Positions 39,105 to 49,122 are shown, counted from the first letter of the stretch. The stretch: 64,000 bases of DNA from an uncultured Candidatus Saccharibacteria bacterium (GCA_964615625.1 CAZTQT010000001.1:12438-76437); one strand, 5' to 3'. Made by a program: numbers and translations. The notes: generated from the letters alone by a model not told the origin.

Positions 39105-40163
39105 TTATCCTTCTAGCAAATTATTTTCGTCCTCTTTTGGTTTTTCAATTGATTGAACCTTTTCAATCCTAGTGAGCAACCTTACGTATCTGCTTTTAAC
39201 ACTGTCTATTGATTTGTATGAGTTTGAAACATGTCTTTCTAAAACACTTAAATCTTCAAAAACTTTTCCAGCCTCAATTTTTATCCCAGCAATGGCTTTT
39301 AAAATATCACCTGTGTGTTTTTGTAACTCGTGTTGTTGGTAAGCAACCAAAAGGACTTTCAAGAAATAAGATAGTGTGTTGGGAGAAGTCATGACAACAT
39401 TTTTATGTTTTGCATACTCCTCAACTTCTGGGGTATTAACAATAAGCTCGTAATAAACATTTTCTGATGGTACGTACATTACCGCTTGATCAGTAGTTTT
39501 TTCTTCAGGCAAAATATATTTACTTGATATCTCGTCTATCCTTTTTTTAACATCTGATATAAAAACCTTTTTAAATTTATCTCTCTCGGCTTGTGATTCT
39601 GAGGTTATCATTGCCTTGAAGTTTTCCATTGGAAATTTAGAATCTATAGGTACAAGTCCCTTATCTGTTATGACTACAGCATCACAAATACTACCGTCCT
39701 TGAATTTATATTGTGTTTTATAAAGATCCTTTGGTAAAAAATTGTCTAATATTTCGTATAAAAATTGTTCTCCAAGACCGCCTCTTAGCTTTGGAGATTT
39801 CAAAATATTACTTAGATCTTTTATGTCGGTTCCAAACTCCTGTATACCTCCCAGTTGTTTTTGAACCTCTCTTATGACGTCACTAGATTTTTCAAGTCTT
39901 TCTGATATAAATTTAGTTTGTTGATTTACAGAGTCTCTGTGGCTTTTCATTTGTTCTTCCAAAGTTGTTCTTTGATCTTTTAACTGTCTTTCCATAACCT
40001 CTGTATTTTTTTCCATAGTGCCTTTCATGTCTTTTAACCATTCCATCAAAATAGCATCCTCAGAACTTCCAGATTTTTTAATTTGAGATGATAGATAAAG
40101 TCCTACGGCTATTACCGCTGCTACAATTAAAACTAGAAATATTATTATTGTTTGTGTGTCCAT
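39105..40163 (-). CDS. rmuC: DNA recombination protein RmuC
   Basis: N-terminal TM helix, long coiled-coil, C-terminal RmuC domain (VMYVPSENVYYEL..., TSPNTL). Confidence 0.75.
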   Translation of the reverse strand: MDTQTIIIFLVLIVAAVIAVGLYLSSQIKKSGSSEDAILMEWLKDMKGTMEKNTEVMERQLKDQRTTLEEQMKSHRDSVNQQTKFISERLEKSSDVIREVQKQLGGIQEFGTDIKDLSNILKSPKLRGGLGEQFLYEILDNFLPKDLYKTQYKFKDGSICDAVVITDKGLVPIDSKFPMENFKAMITSESQAERDKFKKVFISDVKKRIDEISSKYILPEEKTTDQAVMYVPSENVYYELIVNTPEVEEYAKHKNVVMTSPNTLSYFLKVLLVAYQQHELQKHTGDILKAIAGIKIEAGKVFEDLSVLERHVSNSYKSIDSVKSRYVRLLTRIEKVQSIEKPKEDENNLLEG

Positions 40164-40199
40164 ATAGTCTCTATTTTATCAGAGTGTTAAAATCAAACC

Positions 40200-40565
40200 A
40201 TGCCCAAGTTTGTTAAATCGGCTATTATTTTTTCACTTATTTTATGGATCTTGTGGTTTTATTTTCTATTTTTTGGTCTATCACCAAAATCGTATAAAGA
40301 AATTTTTATTTTTTTAGGGGTTTTGTTCCTAGCAGTTGATATGTCTTTGTCCTTCCCATTTTATTTTATATATAAAAAGAAATACAAGAATTTTACTGAT
40401 ATGGGAATTCTTTATAAAAGAGCTTTAAAGTATGGGTTTTTAATAAGTTTTGGTCTTATTGGTATAGCATTAATGCAAGCTTTTAATATTGTTACTGTTC
40501 TAAACGTTTCTTTATTTGCATTGTTATATGTTGGTGTATTTATGCAAGTGGGTGGGAAAAGGTAA
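40200..40565 (+). CDS. Polytopic small membrane protein, hypothetical
   Basis: Four hydrophobic segments in 121 aa. Confidence 0.4.
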   Translation: MPKFVKSAIIFSLILWILWFYFLFFGLSPKSYKEIFIFLGVLFLAVDMSLSFPFYFIYKKKYKNFTDMGILYKRALKYGFLISFGLIGIALMQAFNIVTVLNVSLFALLYVGVFMQVGGKR

Positions 40566-40723
40566 GTTGTTTGAAAATAGTTTTGGAAAGATTAAATGAT
40601 TAAGGAAAAAACAAACAGATTTTAAAGTAAAAATAGGGCAGTAGTTATTAGATCTCTTAGTAATACATTTGTTAATGGGATACGAGCTAATATGTAAAAA
40701 TTGAAAACCAGAGAGTTCTAAGA

Positions 40724-40755
40724 GAGTGGTGGTTTTTGTTAAATCACCACTCCCA
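40724..40755. terminator. Hairpin (GAGTGGTG...CACCACTC) with flanking T-runs. It is the likely terminator of the minus-strand operon ending at 40762.
   Basis: 8-bp GC-containing stem immediately 3' of the 112-aa gene on the minus strand. Confidence 0.5.
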
Positions 40756-40761
40756 TTAATG

Positions 40762-41100
40762 TCATTCAGAGAGATGCTCTTCGGCATCTTTCATAATTGA
40801 CCACACATTTCCGTATAGCCACGACCTTTTCCAACCTTGTTCTTTGGCAACCTTGTTTTTGAAGTTGTCGTAATCTATATCGTCAATGATTTTATCTACC
40901 ACTTTTTTGAAATCTCCAACGCTTACGTAGATTCTGTATCTGTAATCAGCGTCTTCCATTTCCACAATAGAGCCCAGCGAGGGGAGATACCTCTTCAAAT
41001 TTTCAAGGTCTTCTTTTACTCGCGCCCTAATCTGAAGCTCCTCGTCGTTATAGCGACTCCTTGTTACACTAAAAAACCCTACTTTTGTAAAAAGCCACAT
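40762..41100 (-). CDS. Hypothetical 112-aa protein (last gene of the kinase-like operon)
   Basis: No recognisable motifs; same strand, short gaps. Confidence 0.4.
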   Translation of the reverse strand: MWLFTKVGFFSVTRSRYNDEELQIRARVKEDLENLKRYLPSLGSIVEMEDADYRYRIYVSVGDFKKVVDKIIDDIDYDNFKNKVAKEQGWKRSWLYGNVWSIMKDAEEHLSE

Positions 41101-41216
41101 ATCATTCTTTCTCCTTATTTTTTATTTTTTGTATTCTAACATAGAAAGTCCTATAGTCAATAAAGATAAGATTTATAGTGTCAAAATGGAGAGAAAGATT
41201 AAAGAATATGCAAGAC

Positions 41217-41603
41217 CTATATAACAGTTTTTTCAAAGCCTTCTAACAGCTCTTCCATGGTTGTAACGTTTTTATCGCCTGTTACTATTTTGTCTTTTAC
41301 CTTACTCTCATATATTTCCATAGTCATTGGGGTAAATGTGTATCTATTTCCAAGCTCACTTGTAAAACTGAGGTTTTCATTGTTAATAACCAAGTCATTA
41401 GTGATCATGGAGCGTTCTTTATTGGAGTCCCACCATGTTAATAATTTGGAAGATTCATTAAAATTAACTCTTAGTGCAACTAAAACAGTATTATCTAAAA
41501 CAGTATCATCGGGATTTGTACCACTTTCTACAAAAAATAACTTGTTTTCTGATAAAAACGTCTCCATATTAGGTTGATTTGTAAATGATTCTATACTTTC
41601 CAT
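41217..41603 (-). CDS. Hypothetical 128-aa protein (third gene of the kinase-like operon)
   Basis: No recognisable motifs; 31-nt gap to the 865-aa gene. Confidence 0.4.
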   Translation of the reverse strand: MESIESFTNQPNMETFLSENKLFFVESGTNPDDTVLDNTVLVALRVNFNESSKLLTWWDSNKERSMITNDLVINNENLSFTSELGNRYTFTPMTMEIYESKVKDKIVTGDKNVTTMEELLEGFEKTVI

Positions 41604-41634
41604 AAGGTATTTATTGTACCACAGTCATTTTATA

Positions 41635-44232
41635 TTATTCAGCTGTAGTAACCTCCTTTTTATTTAAATTTCTGATATCGAAAAATTCTCCCATATTTTC
41701 TGCACAAACCACAAATTTTTCCAAAGGTATGCCGTTAATTTCCTCTACCCCTAGTTCCTTTCTTATTTCATTTATTAAATACATTCTATTTTCAGGTAGT
41801 CTGGTGCATATACCCATGATCATGTTGGGATGTACACCTCTTTTAAACATTACTTCGTTACTTGGGTAGAAGTTTATTTTTGCGTCATTAACGAATTCAT
41901 CGGCAGAAGGTCTTAAAGAAAAGGTATCTTCACGTATACTGCCGTAGTTATCTTCTTTATATGCATACCAATCTGTTCTATTTAATACCTCTGGATTAAT
42001 AACTAGGGTATAGTTACTTAGGTTAAATTTTGGTGCTGTTTCTTCTGAGATCAATCTAGTAAAAGCACTGTTAAAACCACCGGTCCCGGTATCCTCGCCT
42101 GTTGAAAGTCCGTTTATAATCTTTCCACTCTCCCATCTTGTTTGACTAGCTTGCAAACCTCCCTTAAGCATATTTGTAATATTATCTGACTCATATATTG
42201 AATGTGCTAGGACTAGATTTTGATCTTTAGTCCATTCTTCAACTGCCTTTTCATTGACGTATGTACTATAACCAGGGAATACCTCTTCCAATACAAGTTT
42301 GTTAGCTTCTTCTTTGTTTTTCTCATCCATTTCTGATATCTTATGGAACCATTTATATCTGGCAAATCTGTAAACCATTTCGGCTTCTGTATCAGGTTTC
42401 TCTAATCCGTTATCTATTCCCAAGGTTTTCATAGCTTTTTCTATTTCTGTTGAAATTTGTTCTGGTGACATATCTCCTCCCCTCACAGCTATCTGCACAG
42501 CCCCCTTAAAAGCCAGCTTCTTTTCTGTATCTTCTGCTACATGTATCACTGTGTTTGGAGTTATTTGTATATCTAGGCTTGCAAAGTTAACATTATCACC
42601 GACTTCGTTTGAGTTGAAAAATGTGTAATTATATCCGTGTGATACTTGAGGCACATTCGAACTAGCGGTTTGAATTTCGTTTGTAATCATTGTCGTCCTT
42701 CTGTGGTTTTCAGTAGTTTTAAAATAGACTAAAAAATCGCCTTTGTTTGTACATACCACGTTTATATTATGTCCTTCAATGTGTGTACTGTCTCCGCGTA
42801 CCCCCACATACCCGTGTTTTTCAAGACTTCTTCTAAGTTCTGAAATCTCCAGCGCTTTTGCGAACCCATCTATACCACCTTTTTCCATTGTATTTCTTCT
42901 ACCCTCAATGTTAGTGGTATCTAGATCAAATTTATTAATCAAAAAATTACGTCTCCCAACCATACTGTTGATTAAATGTTCTCTGGTCTCTTCTGGTAAA
43001 TCTTCTCTTGAAACAATTCTTCTAATATCATCCTCACTTAGTTTATCCACAAGATATTGCGCCTGCTTTTTTATCTCTTCTTCAGTTATCCCTTCAAATA
43101 TAAGGGCACTGTTAGGGTTTATACTAGGGTTTAACATGGATTCTAGCTCTGGTATATCTGGGCCGTATTCTTTTAAACCACCTTGAGCTCTAAAAATAAG
43201 AGTTCCTCCGTTATCTATTCTGTACACCCTTCCGTCAGACCCTCGTTCTAAGTTATCAAAACCTAGACCAGCAACGTCCCAGTTTGCTAAAAATGCGTCT
43301 GCAACAAACCCTTTTCTAACGGAGTAGCTGTTTTTCAAATTCTCTTTACCAACTCTTTCATGACCTTCTATCACTCTAGAAATATATGCTGTTTTATTGC
43401 CTATAGCACCTATTTCTGATCTTGGAGCGTGTATTCCAAGATGTTCATAAATATTATTTGATACTGTTTCCACACGTGCTTGATTTGGATCCTCATAAAA
43501 TTTAACGTAATATTCATACCCAGCTGCATCTTTATATAGACCACCATCATTGGAACCTAGATTTTCACCAATTTTGGTCACCCCTCCAAACACCCCTAAA
43601 CGACTGTCTTTAGATACTGGTTTGTAATCTTCCCAAGTGTCAAACTTATGCAAAAACTCACCCCACTCTTTCAAATAATCTTGGGGGTTAATGCCCCATT
43701 CATTAGATTCCTCCTCAGATTCAGTGGTTGAAATATAGTCCACACCTTTCTCTGAATTCGTACGGTCTGCATGTTCAACTTTTTCCCACTTTATATCCTG
43801 CTTAATTCCTTCGTTTCCCCCAGCAATAGTTGAAATACTACCCAAATCTCCTTTCCCGGAGATATCCCAAACTTCAGATGCATCCCATGGAGACGGGGTG
43901 GTTGAAATATCTTCATTGACTGAATTATCAAAGTTTAGCTTACCATATAAGTTATCAAGATTTATCCCTTGGTATACAATATTTGAATTTTCCGTATTCA
44001 AATTTTTTAAATCTGAATAAAGTTTGTCAAACTCATCCATTTCTTCCTCTACCAAATGCTCATTACCTCCTATCATTTTGTAAAATTTTTCCTTAATCTC
44101 TCCAGCTTTCTCAGCTATTTTTTCTTTGATGTCAGAGAAGACTTCAGCAAAGGTTTTCTTTTCCTCTTTTTCTGGAGAAGAGGAGTGTTGTGTCTCAAAA
44201 GAGTTTTTAAGTATATCGGCGTTATATGTCAT
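41635..44232 (-). CDS. Large cytoplasmic protein with a protein-kinase-like catalytic core. The family is unassigned.
   Basis: Gly-rich loop GSNDGGLYK, Lys in YYVKFY, Glu in RVETVSNNIYEHLG, catalytic loop DAFLAN (D...N), DFG-equivalent RIDNGG, with canonical spacing; no TM or signal peptide; 865 aa. Confidence 0.5.
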   Translation of the reverse strand: MTYNADILKNSFETQHSSSPEKEEKKTFAEVFSDIKEKIAEKAGEIKEKFYKMIGGNEHLVEEEMDEFDKLYSDLKNLNTENSNIVYQGINLDNLYGKLNFDNSVNEDISTTPSPWDASEVWDISGKGDLGSISTIAGGNEGIKQDIKWEKVEHADRTNSEKGVDYISTTESEEESNEWGINPQDYLKEWGEFLHKFDTWEDYKPVSKDSRLGVFGGVTKIGENLGSNDGGLYKDAAGYEYYVKFYEDPNQARVETVSNNIYEHLGIHAPRSEIGAIGNKTAYISRVIEGHERVGKENLKNSYSVRKGFVADAFLANWDVAGLGFDNLERGSDGRVYRIDNGGTLIFRAQGGLKEYGPDIPELESMLNPSINPNSALIFEGITEEEIKKQAQYLVDKLSEDDIRRIVSREDLPEETREHLINSMVGRRNFLINKFDLDTTNIEGRRNTMEKGGIDGFAKALEISELRRSLEKHGYVGVRGDSTHIEGHNINVVCTNKGDFLVYFKTTENHRRTTMITNEIQTASSNVPQVSHGYNYTFFNSNEVGDNVNFASLDIQITPNTVIHVAEDTEKKLAFKGAVQIAVRGGDMSPEQISTEIEKAMKTLGIDNGLEKPDTEAEMVYRFARYKWFHKISEMDEKNKEEANKLVLEEVFPGYSTYVNEKAVEEWTKDQNLVLAHSIYESDNITNMLKGGLQASQTRWESGKIINGLSTGEDTGTGGFNSAFTRLISEETAPKFNLSNYTLVINPEVLNRTDWYAYKEDNYGSIREDTFSLRPSADEFVNDAKINFYPSNEVMFKRGVHPNMIMGICTRLPENRMYLINEIRKELGVEEINGIPLEKFVVCAENMGEFFDIRNLNKKEVTTAE

Positions 44233-44398
44233 TTTTAGAACCCATTCTTTTTATGCTTTCTTCTAGCAACCTATTATATTTTGCTTCATCTATCTTTTTT
44301 CTTGCCCTAACAGTAACCTCAGACATTTGTTTTAAAATACCATCAGCATCAGTTTTATATTTTAATAACATCTTTTTTTGTCTCTCATTTATACCCAT
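44222..44398 (-). CDS. 58-aa basic ORF (MGINERQKKMLLKYKTDADGILKQMSEVTVRARKKIDEAKYNRLLEESIKRMGSKNDI). It is translationally coupled to the 865-aa gene by an 11-nt overlap.
   Basis: My own minus-strand translation; the stop TAA overlaps the downstream ATG (AATGACATATAA); below the ORF-track cutoff. Confidence 0.35.
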   Translation of the reverse strand: MGINERQKKMLLKYKTDADGILKQMSEVTVRARKKIDEAKYNRLLEESIKRMGSKNDI

Positions 44399-44505
44399 AT
44401 ATTTGTTGTTAATAAAATAATAAGTATTTATTCAACATAGGTCAATTTTACCCCAGATTTTTACAAAAACTTAGAAAAAACTTAGTTAGATGTTAAAATT
44501 CCAAT

Positions 44506-45927
44506 GTGAAAAAGAAAATATTAATAACAACAGCCATAGATTACGTTAATGATGTAATTCACATAGGCCATGCCTACCAAAAAATTCTAGCCGATTGTGT
44601 TGCTAGATTTGAAAGAATAAGACGTGGTAAAGAAAACACCTTTTTTGTAACTGGGACCGATGAATACGGTCAAAAAGTTTATAATGTGGCAAAAAAGCTG
44701 GGGGTAGACACAAAAGAATTTATTGACGGAATATCCGTAAAAGATCAAGAGCAACAAGATTCTCTTAAAATATCATACGACAGGTTTATAAGAACAACAG
44801 ATAATGATCATGTAAAAACAGCCTCTGATTTTTTCAAAAAAGTCTACGATGCGGGTTATATATACAAAAATATTTATAAAGGTCTATATTGCGAAGGTTG
44901 TGAATCTTACAAAACAGAAAAAGATTTAGTAGAAGGGAAATGCCCATTACACCCAAATAGTGAAATACAGATTGTTGAAGATGAAAATTACTTTTTCAAA
45001 TTTTCGGCCTTCAAAGATTTTCTAAAAGAATTATATGAAAAAAATGCAGAGTTTGTATTGCCAAACCAGCGTTATAAAGAAATGTATTCTTTTATAGATA
45101 ATTTGGAGGATATTCCTGTAACCAGAAGAAAAGAGAACTTACCGTGGGGAATACAATGTCCAGTAGATAAAGACCATGTTATTTGGGTATGGTTTGACGC
45201 ATTGGTTAATTATTTAACATTTGGTTTGCAGGTTAATACTTGGAATGAAGACACAAAAATAGTTCACTTTTTAGGCAAAGATAATGCAAGAATGCATGCG
45301 TTATTATGGCCATGCATGTTAAAAGCAGCTGGGTATGCTTTACCAGATACCATCTATGTTAATGCTTTTTTGAGTTTAAATGGCAAAAAAATAAGTAAAA
45401 GTTTGGGAAATGTTATTGCTCCAAAGGAATTGGTAGAGAAGTATGGTACAGACCCTGTTAGATATTATTTTTTGAGATATGGCCCAATAGTTGAGGATGC
45501 GGATTTTTCGGATTCTCATTTTCAAACTGTTTATAATGCAGATCTAGCCAACGGGTTAGGTAATACAGTAGCTAGACTAGCAAAAATGGCCGAAAAATCC
45601 GCCATAGGATTCAACATAAATATAAGTCAAAACGACATTTTGAAACCTGAATTTACTCAATATTTTGATACATTTCGTGTTGACCTAGCAGCTCAATATA
45701 TTTGGTCTAAGCTATCAGATTTAGACAAACATATAAATGAAAATACTCCTTGGGCCGTGGAAGATAAGGATAAGTTAAAGGATATTTTAGAATATGAGAT
45801 CTCAAGTATTTGTGAAATAGCCGAAATGTGCAGACCCTTTATGCCGGAGACATCTGAGAAAATTTTACAGACTTTTGGTGGTGGTTTAGTTACAGCCCCT
45901 CCATCTTTCTTCCCAAGAATACAATGA
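44506..45927 (+). CDS. metG: Methionyl-tRNA synthetase (short form, no C-terminal tRNA-binding domain)
   Basis: HIGHAYQ, CEGCESYK...CPLHP zinc knuckle, KISKSLGN (KMSKS). Confidence 0.9.
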   Translation: MKKKILITTAIDYVNDVIHIGHAYQKILADCVARFERIRRGKENTFFVTGTDEYGQKVYNVAKKLGVDTKEFIDGISVKDQEQQDSLKISYDRFIRTTDNDHVKTASDFFKKVYDAGYIYKNIYKGLYCEGCESYKTEKDLVEGKCPLHPNSEIQIVEDENYFFKFSAFKDFLKELYEKNAEFVLPNQRYKEMYSFIDNLEDIPVTRRKENLPWGIQCPVDKDHVIWVWFDALVNYLTFGLQVNTWNEDTKIVHFLGKDNARMHALLWPCMLKAAGYALPDTIYVNAFLSLNGKKISKSLGNVIAPKELVEKYGTDPVRYYFLRYGPIVEDADFSDSHFQTVYNADLANGLGNTVARLAKMAEKSAIGFNINISQNDILKPEFTQYFDTFRVDLAAQYIWSKLSDLDKHINENTPWAVEDKDKLKDILEYEISSICEIAEMCRPFMPETSEKILQTFGGGLVTAPPSFFPRIQ

Positions 45928-46844
45928 AAAGATTGTTAATTATAGATACATTTAATTTTCTACACCGTGCGTATCACGCATTACCTACATCTTTTCGTGG
46001 TCCCGATGGGCAGCCAACTAATGCAGTTTATGGCTTTACTTCAATGATATTAAATGTTTTAGATCAAGTTAAACCAGATTACATGATAGCCGCTTTAGAT
46101 GGGAAAGAACCTACTTTTAGAGTTGGGGAGTTTACCGCATACAAAGCACAAAGAAAGCCAATGGAGGAGGACTTACAGGTTCAGATACCTAAAGTTTTTG
46201 ACATATTAGATGCTTTTAAAATTAAAAGAATAGTTGTGGAAGGATATGAGGCCGATGATGTTATAGGAACGGTATCAACAATGTTTAAGGGTAGTGTAAA
46301 TATATTTATTGTTAGCAATGATAGGGATTTATGGCAATTGGCTGGGGATGGCACAGTTATTATGGTTCCAGGTAAAAAAGGTGAGATTTCTATAATGGGA
46401 GAAAAAGAAGTTGATGAAAAATTAGGGTTTGGTGCTGAAAAAATAGCCGATTATAAGGGTTTAAGAGGAGATACTAGTGATAATATACCAGGAGTTTTTG
46501 GCGTTGGTGATGTTACAGCCACTAAGTTATTACAAAAGTACGGAACTTTAGAGGATATATACAAAAATATAGAAAGTGTAGAACCAGAATCTTTGAAAAA
46601 AAAGTTGATAGAAAGTTATGAACAAGCTCTGATGAGTAAAAAATTGGCAAAAATAATACTAGATGTTCCTTTACATGTAGATTTAGAAGAGTGCGTTTAT
46701 AGCGATACCAATAAAATTAAAGTAAAAGAAGTTTTGGAGAAGTATAATTTTAAATCTTTAATTAGAAGGATGGGTTTTGAGGTTGATGGTAAAAAATTAG
46801 ATAAAAAGCCTGAGAGACCCGACAACCAACTTTCCCTTTTATAA
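45924..46844 (+). CDS. Stand-alone 5'-3' exonuclease (FEN/Pol I N-terminal domain-like)
   Basis: LLIIDTFNFLHRAYHA, GYEADDVIGT, H3TH region GIPGVFGVGDVTATKLL. Confidence 0.8.
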   Translation: MKRLLIIDTFNFLHRAYHALPTSFRGPDGQPTNAVYGFTSMILNVLDQVKPDYMIAALDGKEPTFRVGEFTAYKAQRKPMEEDLQVQIPKVFDILDAFKIKRIVVEGYEADDVIGTVSTMFKGSVNIFIVSNDRDLWQLAGDGTVIMVPGKKGEISIMGEKEVDEKLGFGAEKIADYKGLRGDTSDNIPGVFGVGDVTATKLLQKYGTLEDIYKNIESVEPESLKKKLIESYEQALMSKKLAKIILDVPLHVDLEECVYSDTNKIKVKEVLEKYNFKSLIRRMGFEVDGKKLDKKPERPDNQLSLL

Positions 46845-46846
46845 AT

Positions 46847-47497
46847 ATGACAAGAGAAGAAAGAGCTTTGGAGATAGCAAAGATTTTAAAAAAGGAAATT
46901 CCTAATCCTAGGACTGAGCTTATTCATAAAAATGAATACGAATTGGCAGTGTCTGTTATGCTTTCTGCTCAAACTACTGATAAAAAGGTAAATCAAGTTA
47001 CACCCGCATTGTTTAAAAAATACCCATCTTGGGGAGATTTAGCTGTGGCTGATTTATCAGATGTTCAAAATTTAATAAAACAGGTCAATTTTTATAAAGG
47101 AAAGGCGGAGAGGTTGATAAAAGCAGGACAGGTTGTTATAGCAGAGTTTGGTGGTAAGTTGCCAAAGGATATGGAGTCTCTTATGAAGATACCTGGTGTA
47201 GCTAGAAAAAGTGCTAATGTTATTACTCAAGAAGCTTGGGGGGTTGCAAACGGTATTGTTGTGGATACTCATGTAAGAAGGGTTTCTAATAGATTGGGGT
47301 TAACAAAAGAACAAGATCCAAAAAAGATAGAGAAGAAGTTAATGGAATTATTACCAAAGAAATACTGGAGAAACATTTCTGGAGCTATGGTTTTACACGG
47401 TAGGTATGTATGTGTAGCTAGAAAGCCAAAGTGTAGGGAGTGTAGTCTAAGAAATATTTGTCCTAGCTCACCAAACCCTTTTATTCAACAGGTGTGA
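46847..47497 (+). CDS. nth: Endonuclease III
   Basis: HhH-GPD (IPGVARKSANV...VDTHV) and C-terminal CVARKPKCRECSLRNIC 4Fe-4S loop. Confidence 0.9.
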   Translation: MTREERALEIAKILKKEIPNPRTELIHKNEYELAVSVMLSAQTTDKKVNQVTPALFKKYPSWGDLAVADLSDVQNLIKQVNFYKGKAERLIKAGQVVIAEFGGKLPKDMESLMKIPGVARKSANVITQEAWGVANGIVVDTHVRRVSNRLGLTKEQDPKKIEKKLMELLPKKYWRNISGAMVLHGRYVCVARKPKCRECSLRNICPSSPNPFIQQV

Positions 47498-48143
47498 CAT
47501 CTTGTGTTGTTGGTACTGTACTAGGTGTTTCCTGATTTGGTCCTGTTTCAGATTCCAATTTAGTTTCTTGCTCCGGCTCTGTTTCTTCTTGCTTCGGTTC
47601 TGGCAGGGTGTCTGGAATCTTTTTAACATCTATAGAACCTTCATGATTACTGTAACGTTCTTTATAAGTCCATATACCTAACGTGGTCATTTGAAATTCA
47701 AAACTTGTTCCAGGGTGCATTTCCACATCATTTGATAGTTCAGGATAAGTTGGTTTTCTCTGTCTTAGATAGATAGTCTCCTTGGTGTCGTTAGTCCACA
47801 CCACTTTTTGCCCTTGATACACTTTTATTATCATGGGGTTAAAACCACCTTCTTTTGTGTAAGATATTTTCACTATTCCAAAGGTTTTGTCTATATCAAG
47901 AGGTGGCTCATCTTCTGTAAGTTCTTTATTTTTACCAATTTCAACATCATCGTCTCTCTGATTATCTTCTTCTTGTACTTTGTATTTTAATGTTTCATTT
48001 TCATTAAGTTTTCTTAATTCAGTTTCTCTTCCAGGTCTTAATCTGTAAGCTATAACAATAACAGAGAACACCGATGCCAGAATTATACCTATCATAAATA
48101 TTGGTTTATTTCTTTCTATGAAGCTGACTATTTTGGTATTCAT
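47481..48143 (-). CDS. Membrane-anchored hypothetical protein with a beta-rich extracytoplasmic domain and a Pro/Glu/Thr-rich tail
   Basis: N-terminal TM helix; no catalytic motifs seen. Confidence 0.35.
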   Translation of the reverse strand: MNTKIVSFIERNKPIFMIGIILASVFSVIVIAYRLRPGRETELRKLNENETLKYKVQEEDNQRDDDVEIGKNKELTEDEPPLDIDKTFGIVKISYTKEGGFNPMIIKVYQGQKVVWTNDTKETIYLRQRKPTYPELSNDVEMHPGTSFEFQMTTLGIWTYKERYSNHEGSIDVKKIPDTLPEPKQEETEPEQETKLESETGPNQETPSTVPTTQDVTPVE

Positions 48144-48170
48144 ATAAAAAATTATACACTGTAAAACAAT

Positions 48171-49118
48171 TTATATTATTTTACGAACTGTTTTTTCCAT
48201 CTCTTCTTTTGTAAATAAACCAGTTCCAGCACTTTCTTTTGTTATCTCCCCAAAAGAGTTTATAGCTCCCCAACCAAGTGCTTCTTTTAATGATTTTTTA
48301 TGAAAAATGGCTGAAATAAAACCAGAAGAAAAAGCATCTCCTGCACCTGTTTTGTCCTTAACCTCCCTACCATCTGTGTAGGCACTTACTTTAACCAAGT
48401 TCTCACCATCAAAACCGCTAGCCCCGTTTTTTCCATCTGTAATTACTGTAAGTTTTGGCCCTAATTTTTGTAAATCTATGTGCATTTTTGGTAGTGGTTT
48501 TTCTCCGACCAATCTAACCGCTTCCTCAAGATTTAATATTAATATACTTGTTATTTCTAAAAATTCTTTTATATGGTTAAATCCCATCCTCATTTGGTGA
48601 GATCCAGGGTTGAATACAACTATAATATCTTTATTTTCTTCAATGTATTTTATTAACTCTTCTTGAAATTTTTCAAAACCATCTCCTATTGATGTGTAGT
48701 ATATAAAAGTTGGTTTTTCCCAACCTCTTACTTTATAGTTTCTTGGTGCGTGGTAAGAGAATATAGTTCTTTCGTAATTGTGAACAATTATAGAATGTAC
48801 ATCCGTATCCTGGTCGTTGTTCCTTATGCAGTAGTCGGTGTTTATACCTTTTTCCTTTAGCTCGTTTACTATTTTTTCTCCATTTTGATCATCGCCTATT
48901 TCCGTGTAGACTCCAACTTTTAACCCCATTCTGTTACACCCTACTGCCACATTAACAGAGTTACCAGCTATAGCTGTTGAAAATTTTTCTACTGGAACCT
49001 TACTTCCGTGCAAAAAACAAATCTGCGAGTCGTCAGTACCAGGTATCTTCACCTCATTGGCACTAGATATATACAAAGTCATATCTATTGCAGCATCTCC
49101 TACAGTAAGAATATCCAT
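48171..49118 (-). CDS. PfkB-family carbohydrate kinase (ribokinase-like)
   Basis: N-terminal VGDAAID, C-terminal GAGDAFSSGF anion hole. Confidence 0.75.
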   Translation of the reverse strand: MDILTVGDAAIDMTLYISSANEVKIPGTDDSQICFLHGSKVPVEKFSTAIAGNSVNVAVGCNRMGLKVGVYTEIGDDQNGEKIVNELKEKGINTDYCIRNNDQDTDVHSIIVHNYERTIFSYHAPRNYKVRGWEKPTFIYYTSIGDGFEKFQEELIKYIEENKDIIVVFNPGSHQMRMGFNHIKEFLEITSILILNLEEAVRLVGEKPLPKMHIDLQKLGPKLTVITDGKNGASGFDGENLVKVSAYTDGREVKDKTGAGDAFSSGFISAIFHKKSLKEALGWGAINSFGEITKESAGTGLFTKEEMEKTVRKII

Positions 49119-49122
49119 ATTT

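Noticed and set aside
44226-44420. 64-aa plus-strand ORF
   Set aside because: Its product is hydrophobic and of low complexity. The opposite strand carries a 58-aa ORF whose stop overlaps the start codon of the 865-aa gene, which is a more parsimonious reading.
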